From assembly GCA_965261395.1 (NCBI GenBank), contig OZ253462.1, forward strand, positions 160,001 through 224,000: a DNA stretch of 64,000 bases, given 5' to 3'. This stretch comes from Candidatus Latescibacterota bacterium (GTDB lineage Bacteria; Latescibacterota; UBA2968; UBA8231). Each line of letters begins with the position of its first letter. Position 1 is the first letter of the stretch. Below the pieces are notes generated by a model. The model saw nothing but the letters and a program-made list of their open reading frames with translations. It searched no databases and had not been told where the DNA came from. The translations under genes were made by a program, and so were the position numbers. Below are positions 26,743 to 37,466 of the stretch, piece after piece.

Positions 26743-28234
26743 CTATTTCCCTCGCGACGCGGTCGCCATCTCGCAAGTGCTCCAGGGGTTTCAACGCGAC
26801 GCCTTCATCGAAAAGCTCGAGGGTGTCCGAGTGGCAATCGCCTTCGGCGAGGAGGCGGCTACCAGCCGCGACGGGCGCGAACTCCTTGATCTCTCTGTCA
26901 GGCTAGCGGCTCGCTTGTACCCGAGCCTGACGTTTGCCACCGTTCCTGCCGGAGATCGGTTCGCCGATGAACTGATGGCGTTGGCCAGTAGCATCAACCC
27001 TAACATCGAAGCGTCTAAGACGGGTACTGCTAATGTTGGTCTCTCGATCGGCGGGGATGCACCGGCCCTAAACGCACCAACCGTATATGCTGGCTGCGAT
27101 GGCTGGCTGGCCAAGGTGGGAACTGAGGGCCCATACATGACCAGCGACCTAGGGAACCCCTTTGGAGCCGGCTTCGCCGCCTGCTTGGCGGCAGCCAACT
27201 TGTTTCGCTTCCTCTTCCTCCCCAACGGCACAACTTTGCTGGATACCGACATTAGTTTCCCTCCCGACGACGCCTCTTTCCCCAGTCTTGCGGCGTCCAC
27301 ACTGGCGGATCCCCTGGTGTTGGTCGGCGTTGGGGCGGTCGGCAACAGTGCCTCCTGGGCCCTATCGCGTACGCCGCTCACCGGCCAGATTTACCTAGTC
27401 GATCCACAAGTCGTCGAACTTAGCAATCTCCAGCGCTACGTTCTTGGTGCACGGAGCGACGAAGGCGGCATCAAAGTTGATGTCGCTGCGAAGGAGTTTC
27501 GCGCCGCGCTACAGGCGCTTTCTCATCATGGAACATGGGCTTCCTTCCTCTGCGCCAATGGCTACAAGTGGGAACGCGTTCTAGTTGCCCTCGACTCCGC
27601 CCATGACAGGCGAGCCGTACAAGGGAGCCTGCCACGTTGGATCGCTAACGCATGGACCCAAATAGGCGATCTCGGCGTGTCCTCTCACTCTTTCTTGGGT
27701 CAAGACGCCTGTCTTGCCTGCCTTTACTTGCCAACCGAGAAATCCAAGAGCGAAGACCAGATCGTCGCTGAAGGCCTTAAGATCCCTCAATTCCAGGATC
27801 CGGTTCGCTTTCTGCTCGGAAGCGGGCAGGCGACCGGCAAGGAGCTCTGTGACGCGGTTGCTGCCGCTTGGGGCATCCCGGCCGAGACACTGGAGCCTTA
27901 TATAGGTAGGTCGATACGTGAACTTTGGGTGGAGGGCATCTGTGGCGGCGGTATCATTCCTCTCGGAGAAGCCGGACCTACTCCGGGAGACCGGCAAGTT
28001 CCGCTTGCTTTCCAATCGGCTCTTGCCGGTATGCTGCTGGCCGCGGAAACGGTACGCGACGTGTTGACCGACGGTGCTCAACGCAAGACCCTCATGCGCC
28101 GGCTTGATGTCTTGCGCCCCTTAGGCGATCCTTCACCCCAACCGGCGCTCAAGGCCGGAACGGGTAGCTGTATCTGTGAGGATCGCGATTTTATTACTAC
28201 CTATCGAACAAAGTATGGAGCAGAAACTGGCTGA
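26729..28234 (+). CDS. bilD: E1/ThiF-family activating enzyme (BilD)
   Basis: GVGAVG, DPQVVELSNLQRY, ACLACLY, GICGG and C-terminal CIC; about 500 aa with an extra N-terminal domain. Confidence 0.88.
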   Translation: MALADYFPRDAVAISQVLQGFQRDAFIEKLEGVRVAIAFGEEAATSRDGRELLDLSVRLAARLYPSLTFATVPAGDRFADELMALASSINPNIEASKTGTANVGLSIGGDAPALNAPTVYAGCDGWLAKVGTEGPYMTSDLGNPFGAGFAACLAAANLFRFLFLPNGTTLLDTDISFPPDDASFPSLAASTLADPLVLVGVGAVGNSASWALSRTPLTGQIYLVDPQVVELSNLQRYVLGARSDEGGIKVDVAAKEFRAALQALSHHGTWASFLCANGYKWERVLVALDSAHDRRAVQGSLPRWIANAWTQIGDLGVSSHSFLGQDACLACLYLPTEKSKSEDQIVAEGLKIPQFQDPVRFLLGSGQATGKELCDAVAAAWGIPAETLEPYIGRSIRELWVEGICGGGIIPLGEAGPTPGDRQVPLAFQSALAGMLLAAETVRDVLTDGAQRKTLMRRLDVLRPLGDPSPQPALKAGTGSCICEDRDFITTYRTKYGAETG

Positions 28235-28289
28235 CTTTGATGGCTGATTGGAGCGGGTTAGCTGATCGACCCGCTCTAGGCATCGAGTC

Positions 28290-28622
28290 CTACGCCTCAA
28301 CAAGCCAATCCTCACACGGTTTATACCCTTCATTCACCGCATCCTGATAGTAAGATGTGAGGCCAGAGACGGCCCTATTAAGGGCATGCGCAGGATCATC
28401 GGCGCACGGAAGGCTGGTCCGGTAGGCATCCACCTGCCTAGGCGTATGAATCACATGGCTGACCTCAAAGGTTGTCTTTTCGCTGCTCATAAATCTACAA
28501 AGTCTTATGGTGATGTGAGTCTTAAGATCTCCAAGCCGGATGACGAACCTTCCTAGGTCATCATCTCGTTCAAGTACGGTGATGAGATCCTGGTCCAAGA
28601 CGTTATCAAAGGTGTAAGGCAT
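28290..28622 (-). CDS. Hypothetical protein (110 aa), convergent with the E1 gene
   Basis: GAGGAGGAG RBS and a clean ORF. Confidence 0.65.
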   Translation of the reverse strand: MPYTFDNVLDQDLITVLERDDDLGRFVIRLGDLKTHITIRLCRFMSSEKTTFEVSHVIHTPRQVDAYRTSLPCADDPAHALNRAVSGLTSYYQDAVNEGYKPCEDWLVEA

Positions 28623-28936
28623 CGAACTCCTCCTCTGTGAGTTGGTTTAACTTCTCTATGTGCCGGGCCAAGGGAGGAACGTCCGTGCTGACTTCGACCC
28701 CTCCCTTTGGATGGCCCGGCAACTCTTCTCAATCCTGCTTCGTTGGTGGCTAGGGGCCTACTACCGGCTTGAGTAAGGGCTTTGTTTTTGTGACGGTCAC
28801 CGTTAGATCCTCAAAGGCGACTTCTTGGTTGCCACCAACAAAGACACCTACACTCCCTCCATAAGCAGTAAAACCCCGCCAATACCGACTATTCCAAACA
28901 TAGCGTCTGCACTGGCATCTTTTCCTAAATAGAAAT

Positions 28937-29208
28937 GTATAGAAAAAATAAGGCACCGATATCGGTACTATGCAATTCGCTGAAAACGTACGCAAGGGGT
29001 CAGCAGGGTCCCTGATGAGTCGCTTGGTCGTCGCACCGAATCGTTCGGGAATGCTCAGAGCACCGTTGTAAAGGATTTCGGCGCGTTTCAGGGGTCAACC
29101 TAGTACTTCCCCCCGTCCTCCGTAGCAGCGCTACTGCGGAGGGTGGACGCCCGAACCTGCGCCATTACCCGAGCCAGATTCCCCTTGCTTGGAAACGAGA
29201 GAACGCCC
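28937..29208 (-). mobile_element. Longest copy (about 270 bp) of the ISCR/IS91 oriIS-end-like repeat
   Basis: Contains both halves seen at 21249, 23676 and 17356, plus the internal palindrome CCTCCGTAGCAGCGCTACTGCGGAGG. Confidence 0.7.
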
Positions 29209-29222
29209 TTTATTATTTCTAA

Positions 29223-31415
<2,193 letters not shown>

Positions 31416-31460
31416 TCTCAGCGGGGTGCTCGGTAACGGTGGTCTCCGGTGCATCTGAGG

Positions 31461-31511
31461 GCCGCCTTGTGACTCCGTCGATGATGCCCGCCGACGGAGT
31501 CGCAAGGTGGC
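31461..31511. terminator. Long stem-loop downstream of katG
   Basis: GCCGCCTTGTGACTCCGTCG...CGACGGAGTCGCAAGGTGGC, a 20-bp stem with two G-U pairs; no clear U-tail. Confidence 0.45.
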
Positions 31512-31585
31512 AACCCAAGGCAAAACAACCGGATACGACGCGAAATTCTTTGGCGGCCCCAAGGTCGCGCTCTTCGAGTCCCACT

Positions 31586-32674
31586 ATGGCCCATCGTCCT
31601 CGCATCCTCTTCCTCGCCCGCCGCTACCCGCCCACCATCGGTGGCATCCAGACCCACTGTCACGCGCTCTATACCCGACTGGCCAACCAAGCCCAAGTCC
31701 GTCTCGTCGCGCTGGGCCGCCAATCGCTTCTGCATCTAACTTGGTTCCTCCCCTATTGCTTCGCTGTCGCCTTTTGGGCCGTGCTCGGCCGCCGCGTCGA
31801 TGCCGTGTACTTCGCCGACGGGGTCGCCGCGTCGTTGGCTCCACTCCTGCGTCCTTTGGGTCCGGCGCGATTCGTCACCACCGTCTATGGCCTCGAAATG
31901 ACCTACAAAAATCCCCTCGCGCGCGCGCTGATGCACTGGGGAGTCCGCGCCTGCGACAAGGTCGTCGTCATCAGCGAACACAGCCGCCGCATTACCGCTG
32001 CCAGCGGCGTCCCCGAGGCCAAGTTGGAAATCGTCTATCTAGGGGTTGAGCCGCTGGAGTTGGCACCAGACGAGTTGGCAGCCGTCCGAGCGCGCTTTGA
32101 GCAGGAACACGGGCTGCGCTTTGGCCAAGACCGCATCCTGTTGCTTTTCGGCCGCCAGGTTCCCCGCAAGGGCATGGTCGAATTTTTGGCAAAAGGTATG
32201 CCCCTGCTCGACGCGGATATTCGCCTCTTGATCTGCGGTCCGCCAGCAAGCGAGACCGCACGCTTGCAGGAGTGCTGTCAATCGGGCCTAAAGGACCGCG
32301 TCACCTTGCTCGGGCCAGTCCCCGACGATGTGCTGGCCATGCTGCGCACCAGTTGCGATCTTTTCCTCATGCCCAACCTCCACCTACCCGGCGATGTCGA
32401 AGGCTTCGGCCAGACCCAACTCGAATGTATGTACGCTGGCACCCCGGCCGTGGCCTTTGCTGTCGATGCCCTGACCGAGAGCGTGCGCGAAGGCGGATTT
32501 CTCGTTGACCCGGAAGATTACCCGGCCTTCGTCGCGCAAATCCATCGCTTCCTCGCGCTCGGCCCGGCGGAGCGCGCCGATATCGGCCGCCAGTGCCGCG
32601 CCTACGTGCGACGCGAATACGCTCAGCAAAGAATCGCCGCCCAATACATGGATCTCTTTACTGGAAGGATCTAA
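31586..32674 (+). CDS. Glycosyltransferase family 4
   Basis: YPPTIGGIQ, GRQVPRKG and EGFGQTQLE. Confidence 0.88.
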   Translation: MAHRPRILFLARRYPPTIGGIQTHCHALYTRLANQAQVRLVALGRQSLLHLTWFLPYCFAVAFWAVLGRRVDAVYFADGVAASLAPLLRPLGPARFVTTVYGLEMTYKNPLARALMHWGVRACDKVVVISEHSRRITAASGVPEAKLEIVYLGVEPLELAPDELAAVRARFEQEHGLRFGQDRILLLFGRQVPRKGMVEFLAKGMPLLDADIRLLICGPPASETARLQECCQSGLKDRVTLLGPVPDDVLAMLRTSCDLFLMPNLHLPGDVEGFGQTQLECMYAGTPAVAFAVDALTESVREGGFLVDPEDYPAFVAQIHRFLALGPAERADIGRQCRAYVRREYAQQRIAAQYMDLFTGRI

Positions 32675-32679
32675 GCACC

Positions 32680-33729
32680 ATGCACTTTACCGAACTCGAC
32701 ACCCCCGCCCTCTGCGTCGATCTCGACGTGCTAGAAAAAAACATCCGCGACTTGCAAAACGCCTGCGATCAGCTCGAAATTGGCCTACGCGTCCACACCA
32801 AGACCCACAAGACGCCAGCCATTGCACGCCTGCAAATCGCCGCGGGGGCCATTGGCATCGTCAGCCAGAAGCTGGGCGAGGCCGAGGCCATGGCCGACGG
32901 CGGCATCCAAGACATCCTGATTCCCTACAACATCGTCGGCCAGCCCAAGCTAGCCCGCCTGACGCGCCTGATCCAAAGCGGCAAGAGCACCCTAACGCTC
33001 GCTGCCGACTCCGCGGCCACCGTTGACGGGCTATCGCAAGCAGCCACGGCCGCTGGTTGCCGCATCCGCGTGATCATCGAGATGGACAGCGGCGGGGGCC
33101 GCGTCGGCACCCAATCGCCCGCCGATACCCTCGCGCTGGCCCAACACATCGACCGGCTGCCGGGGCTGGACTTTACCGGCGTTATGACCTATCCCAGCAG
33201 CGAGCGCGCCCGCCCCTTCCTCGACGAAGTGCGCGACCTAACGCACAAAAGCGGCCTGCCCCTGCACATCATCAGCGGTGGCGGTACCGGCAGCGAAGCC
33301 ATATCCAAATCCCTCGGCTGCACCGAGACCCGCATCGGCTCGTACGCCTATGAGGGCATGACCCGCGTGGGCAAGCGCGAAGACCTCGACCCCACCCGCT
33401 GCCCGCTGCGCTTGGTCGTCACCGTGGTCAGCACCTCTCGCCCGGGGCAAGCCATCGTCGATGCCGGCCAGAAGGCCTTCACCAGCTACCCGCCGACTCC
33501 TTATGGCTACTGCATCGAGCAGCCTGAGCTTTTTCTCAAAGGCATGTCCGTCGAGCACGGCCACGTCGATACCACCGCCGCAAATCGTCCAGTCAACGTA
33601 GGCGATATCCTCTCTTTCATCCCCCTGCACGGCGGGATGACCACCAACCTCCACGACCGTCTCTTCGCCCTCCGCAACGGCGAGGTCGTCGAAGAATGGG
33701 CAGTCGCCGGGCGCGGGCGCGCCCAGTAG
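32680..33729 (+). CDS. PLP-dependent alanine-racemase-fold enzyme (D-threonine aldolase/DSD1 family)
   Basis: LDTPAL, RVHTKTHK, SGGGT, DAGQK and SVEHG. Confidence 0.85.
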   Translation: MHFTELDTPALCVDLDVLEKNIRDLQNACDQLEIGLRVHTKTHKTPAIARLQIAAGAIGIVSQKLGEAEAMADGGIQDILIPYNIVGQPKLARLTRLIQSGKSTLTLAADSAATVDGLSQAATAAGCRIRVIIEMDSGGGRVGTQSPADTLALAQHIDRLPGLDFTGVMTYPSSERARPFLDEVRDLTHKSGLPLHIISGGGTGSEAISKSLGCTETRIGSYAYEGMTRVGKREDLDPTRCPLRLVVTVVSTSRPGQAIVDAGQKAFTSYPPTPYGYCIEQPELFLKGMSVEHGHVDTTAANRPVNVGDILSFIPLHGGMTTNLHDRLFALRNGEVVEEWAVAGRGRAQ

Positions 33730-33751
33730 GGGCAACCCGCGTGGTTGCCCT
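33726..33751 (+). repeat. GTAG-type REP-like palindrome
   Basis: GTAG-GGGCAACC-CGCGT-GGTTGCCC overlapping the stop codon. Confidence 0.6.
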
Positions 33752-33802
33752 CCGCCGACTTAGAAGCCGACATATACCCCTTTTCCCCACCGGAAGGACG
33801 CC

Positions 33803-34675
33803 ATGGAAATCCAACCCCAACCGCAGATATTCGACGTCGATGAGCAAAACTTTGAAGAGCTGGTCCTCCAAGGCTCGCAAGAGCGCGTCATCGTCGTCGA
33901 TTTTTGGGCCCCTTGGTGTGGCCCCTGCAAAACCCTAGGCCCCATCCTCGAAGACGTCGTCGCGGCGCTTGGCCCCGGCGTGGCCCTAGCAAAAATTAAC
34001 GTCGATGAAAACCAGCAGCTCGCCACGGCCTTTCGGGTCCAAGGCATCCCCGCGGTCAAAATCGTCAAGGACGGCCAGCTAGCCCAAGAATTCACCGGCG
34101 CTCTGCCCAAGGAGCAGATTGAAGCGATCCTCCGCCCCTTGGTCTCCGATGCCCTCATCCCCGAAGCCCAAGTAATTGACCAAGCCGACGACTTAGCGAC
34201 CATGGGCGACCTCGACGCGGCCGCCCGCCAGTACGAGAACGTGCTTGAGGAAAATCCCACCGACGGCCCCGCCCTCCTCGGCCTAGCGAAGATCCACCTG
34301 CAGCAGGGCCGCTTCGAGACCGTGCAGGAACTGGTCAATCTCGTCGAGACGGACACCCCCGAGTACCCGCAGGCCCAGGCGCTGCTCACTCAGATCGAGT
34401 TTGCCCATCAGTGCCAGCAGGCAGGGGGCCGCGCCGCCTGCGCCCAGCGGATACTCGGTCAGCCCGACGACTACGAGGCCCGCTACCTCTTGGCCTGTTG
34501 CGCGGCCTCCGAAGGCGACTACGAAACCGCGTTGCAGGAATGGCTACAGGTCGTGGGTAAAAACCCCAACGGCGACCAAGCCAAGGACGCCATGATCGCC
34601 GTCTTCCATCTACTCGGCCGCGACAATCCGCTGGTGGCCGACTACCAGCGCAAGCTCTACCAAACCCTGTACTGA
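33803..34675 (+). CDS. Thioredoxin-TPR co-chaperone (YbbN/CnoX-like)
   Basis: DFWAPWCGPCK thioredoxin domain, TPR helices and C-terminal YQRKL...LY. Confidence 0.88.
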   Translation: MEIQPQPQIFDVDEQNFEELVLQGSQERVIVVDFWAPWCGPCKTLGPILEDVVAALGPGVALAKINVDENQQLATAFRVQGIPAVKIVKDGQLAQEFTGALPKEQIEAILRPLVSDALIPEAQVIDQADDLATMGDLDAAARQYENVLEENPTDGPALLGLAKIHLQQGRFETVQELVNLVETDTPEYPQAQALLTQIEFAHQCQQAGGRAACAQRILGQPDDYEARYLLACCAASEGDYETALQEWLQVVGKNPNGDQAKDAMIAVFHLLGRDNPLVADYQRKLYQTLY

Positions 34676-34682
34676 GGACGCC

Positions 34683-35738
34683 ATGCAGATTACCCGCCTC
34701 GAACGCACCGTCTGTTGCGTGCCCTTCCTCCCGGGCATCCTGCCCCCGCCCGAGTACGACGAGCCCGCGCCGGGCTATCCCGAGCCGCTCTCGGCGCGGC
34801 GTCAAGACGTCCTCAGAATCCACACCGACCAAGGACTAACCGGCCTCGGCATGAGCGGACCGTACTACGGCGACCGCACAGAGCAACCACCCGATCTGAT
34901 CGGCAAAGACCCCAACACCTTTGAGCCACGCACTTTGCGCGGCGGTAGCTGGAACATCGCCCTCCTCGACCTGATCGGCAAAACGATCGGCTGGCCGCTG
35001 TGCCGCATTTTCGGCGGCAAGCTGCAAGACAAGGTACTGGTTGACTACTGGATCAGTCGGATGAGCGCTGCGGATACCGCCCGCGCGGCCCAACGCGCCG
35101 CCGAGCTGGGTTTCCACGGCATCAAAATGAAGTGCAAGTGGGAAGATGCCAATATGGAGGACCGGGTCCGCGCCAGCCTCGAAGTTGCGCCGCACCTGCG
35201 GATGGTCCTAGACTTCAACGAGCGCTTGTACAATCTCAACAACGCGCTCGACCTAGCCCGCCGCCTCGACGGACTCGACGTGGTCCTCGAAGATCCCCTC
35301 CCCAAAACCGATCTCAACGAATATCGCCGCCTCAAGGGAGAGACCAGCGTCCTCGTCGCCCCGCACTTCCAGAACCCCCGCCAGATCATCGACGCAGTAC
35401 ACCTCGAAGCGGTTGACGCCTTCAACGTCGCCCCCTCGGATTGGGATTTCCTCGACATGGCGCGCATCGCCGCAAGCGGGGACATCCCCGTGTGGCAAGC
35501 CTCCAATGTCGATCTGGGGATTTTCGACGCCTTCCGCCTCCACGCCTCGGCCGCCGCGCCCAACTGCACTTTTGGCTCCGACCTCTGCGGCAACTTCGTG
35601 CACGAGCACAGCCTGCTCAAAGAGCCGCTGGTCCAAGACGGCTACGCCATCGTGCCCACCGGCCCGGGTTTGGGCGTGGAATTGGACGAGGAGGCCGTCG
35701 CCCGCTATGCCATCTCCGCGCAGCAGTGGCCCGGCTAG
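34683..35738 (+). CDS. Mandelate racemase/muconate lactonizing enzyme family
   Basis: IALLDLIGK, KMK, LDFN, EDP and PTGPGLGVELD. Confidence 0.85.
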   Translation: MQITRLERTVCCVPFLPGILPPPEYDEPAPGYPEPLSARRQDVLRIHTDQGLTGLGMSGPYYGDRTEQPPDLIGKDPNTFEPRTLRGGSWNIALLDLIGKTIGWPLCRIFGGKLQDKVLVDYWISRMSAADTARAAQRAAELGFHGIKMKCKWEDANMEDRVRASLEVAPHLRMVLDFNERLYNLNNALDLARRLDGLDVVLEDPLPKTDLNEYRRLKGETSVLVAPHFQNPRQIIDAVHLEAVDAFNVAPSDWDFLDMARIAASGDIPVWQASNVDLGIFDAFRLHASAAAPNCTFGSDLCGNFVHEHSLLKEPLVQDGYAIVPTGPGLGVELDEEAVARYAISAQQWPG

Positions 35739-36505
35739 GCCGGGACCAGCGCCTCTGCGCCAAAGATCATCGGATAGCCCTCGCCCGTGTGCACGGAGCG
35801 CGCGGCCCCGTCCATATAGGCGATGCTAAAGGCGCGGCGCGACTGACCCGTCGGGTTGATTCCCGAGCGGTGCAGCAGCAGGTTGTTGAGCAAAATCGCC
35901 TCGCCCGCCTCGGCTTCGAGGTCGATTTCCGCTCCCGGCGGCGCGCATTCGGCTAGCTGCTCCTCCGAAGGAAAGTGCCCTTCGGTGATCACTCCCCGCT
36001 TGTGGCTGCCGGGCACGATCTGCATACAGCCGTTTGCGACCATCGCTGGGTCGAGCGCGGTCCACACCGTGATCGTCGGATTGTAACCCACGCCCCAACC
36101 CACGCCCACATCCTGATGCCAGGGCAATATCGTGCCCTTTTCCGCTGGCTTGTTCATAAACATCGCCCGGAAGATCGACACGTCTTCGCCGATATAGCGC
36201 CGAGTGATCTGGCGGAAGAGCGGGTGCTGCATATAGGTGAGATAAACGGGGTCCTGCTCCAAACCCATGATCTTGCGGTACTGAAGCGTGGTGCCCTTGT
36301 GGCCGGGAGAGACGGTCGGCATTTTCGCGTAGTCGGCATCCTCCCCGTCGAGCTGAAAGTCCATCTCCGGGTAGGGGATCTCGCCGAGCATGATCTCGTC
36401 GATGCGCTGCCGTAATTCCGCCAGTTCCGCGTCGTCCAGTACTTTGCCGAGCCGCGCGTACCCGTGCTCCTCAAAGTGGGCGTGGTGTTCGTCGCTGTAT
36501 TCCAT
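35735..36505 (-). CDS. Phytanoyl-CoA dioxygenase family protein
   Basis: WHQD, NGCMQIVPGSH and LLHRSG.N...R. Confidence 0.9.
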   Translation of the reverse strand: MEYSDEHHAHFEEHGYARLGKVLDDAELAELRQRIDEIMLGEIPYPEMDFQLDGEDADYAKMPTVSPGHKGTTLQYRKIMGLEQDPVYLTYMQHPLFRQITRRYIGEDVSIFRAMFMNKPAEKGTILPWHQDVGVGWGVGYNPTITVWTALDPAMVANGCMQIVPGSHKRGVITEGHFPSEEQLAECAPPGAEIDLEAEAGEAILLNNLLLHRSGINPTGQSRRAFSIAYMDGAARSVHTGEGYPMIFGAEALVPA

Positions 36506-36611
36506 TACCTACTCCCTTCGTTTCCCTAGAAATCAGCAATGTTCTCCCCTGTGTCAAATTTTCCTACCTTTCTACCCGCTCGTCCGCTCCGTTCCAAACG
36601 AGGAATCCACC

Positions 36612-37448
36612 ATGTCCACAGACCACACGCCCTTTCCCGCGTTGACCCCGTCCCAACGCCTACACCTCGAAATCTATGGCTATGTCGTCCTCGAAAAACT
36701 CCTGACCGAGGCCGAAGTCGCCGCGCTCCTAGAAGTTATCTACCGGATCGAAGCCGATTTTCAGCGCACGGGCCAACTGCCCGGAGCAAGCTGCCATTTG
36801 TCTAGTTCGACTCGGGAGTTTTTCCGCATCGACAACCTCCCCCATCTAGCTCCGTGCTTCTACGAATATCTAACTCATCCTAGGATCTTGGGGATGGCTG
36901 AGGAGATCGGCGGCGGCACCGTCCGCCTAGAACAGTCAGACGCCCATATCCGGCGACCGGGTGGGGAGCAAAAGCATGGCTTCCATCGGGGCATCAACCC
37001 CGCCTATGCCCACACCGGCAACGGCCTCTATCACTTCTCCTTTGTCAAAGCGCTCACCAATCTCACCGAACTCGGCCCCGACGACGGCGGCACTACCGTC
37101 ATCCCCGGAACCCACAAAATCCCCCAAGAAGTTGACGGTCGAGCAATCATCGACGCGGCCTTGGCCGACCCTGCGCTCATCCACCAAGTCGAAGCACCGG
37201 CTGGATCGACGCTGCTCTTCTACGAATCGCTGATGCACTCCTCGGGCATCATCCGCTCGCAGCGAGATCGCGTCTTAATTCTCGGCGGCTACACCCCGAC
37301 GATGTTCCAAGCGTGGAACGGCTACGACCCCGACCCCGAATTCGTCGCCGGCTTACCCGCGGAACGGGCCGCCTTGCTCACCGGCGGAACCAAATACGGC
37401 TGGCAACGCAAACTGCGCGATTTAGCCGCACCCGCAGAAACTGTTTAA
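36612..37448 (+). CDS. Phytanoyl-CoA dioxygenase family protein
   Basis: GFHRG, DGGTTVIPGTHK and ESLMHS; divergent from the preceding paralogue. Confidence 0.82.
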   Translation: MSTDHTPFPALTPSQRLHLEIYGYVVLEKLLTEAEVAALLEVIYRIEADFQRTGQLPGASCHLSSSTREFFRIDNLPHLAPCFYEYLTHPRILGMAEEIGGGTVRLEQSDAHIRRPGGEQKHGFHRGINPAYAHTGNGLYHFSFVKALTNLTELGPDDGGTTVIPGTHKIPQEVDGRAIIDAALADPALIHQVEAPAGSTLLFYESLMHSSGIIRSQRDRVLILGGYTPTMFQAWNGYDPDPEFVAGLPAERAALLTGGTKYGWQRKLRDLAAPAETV

Positions 37449-37466
37449 ACGGCTAAGGAATCTCAC

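Noticed and set aside
28975-29045. Hammerhead ribozyme in the island repeat (CTGATGA plus GAAA)
   Set aside because: Stems I-III cannot be formed convincingly, and the GUC-like cleavage triplet is not conserved across the copies.
17356-29208. CRISPR array or integron attC sites formed by the dispersed repeats
   Set aside because: Copies are 90-270 bp long, kilobases apart, lack regular spacers and RYYYAAC/GTTRRRY ends, and no cas or intI gene is present in the window.
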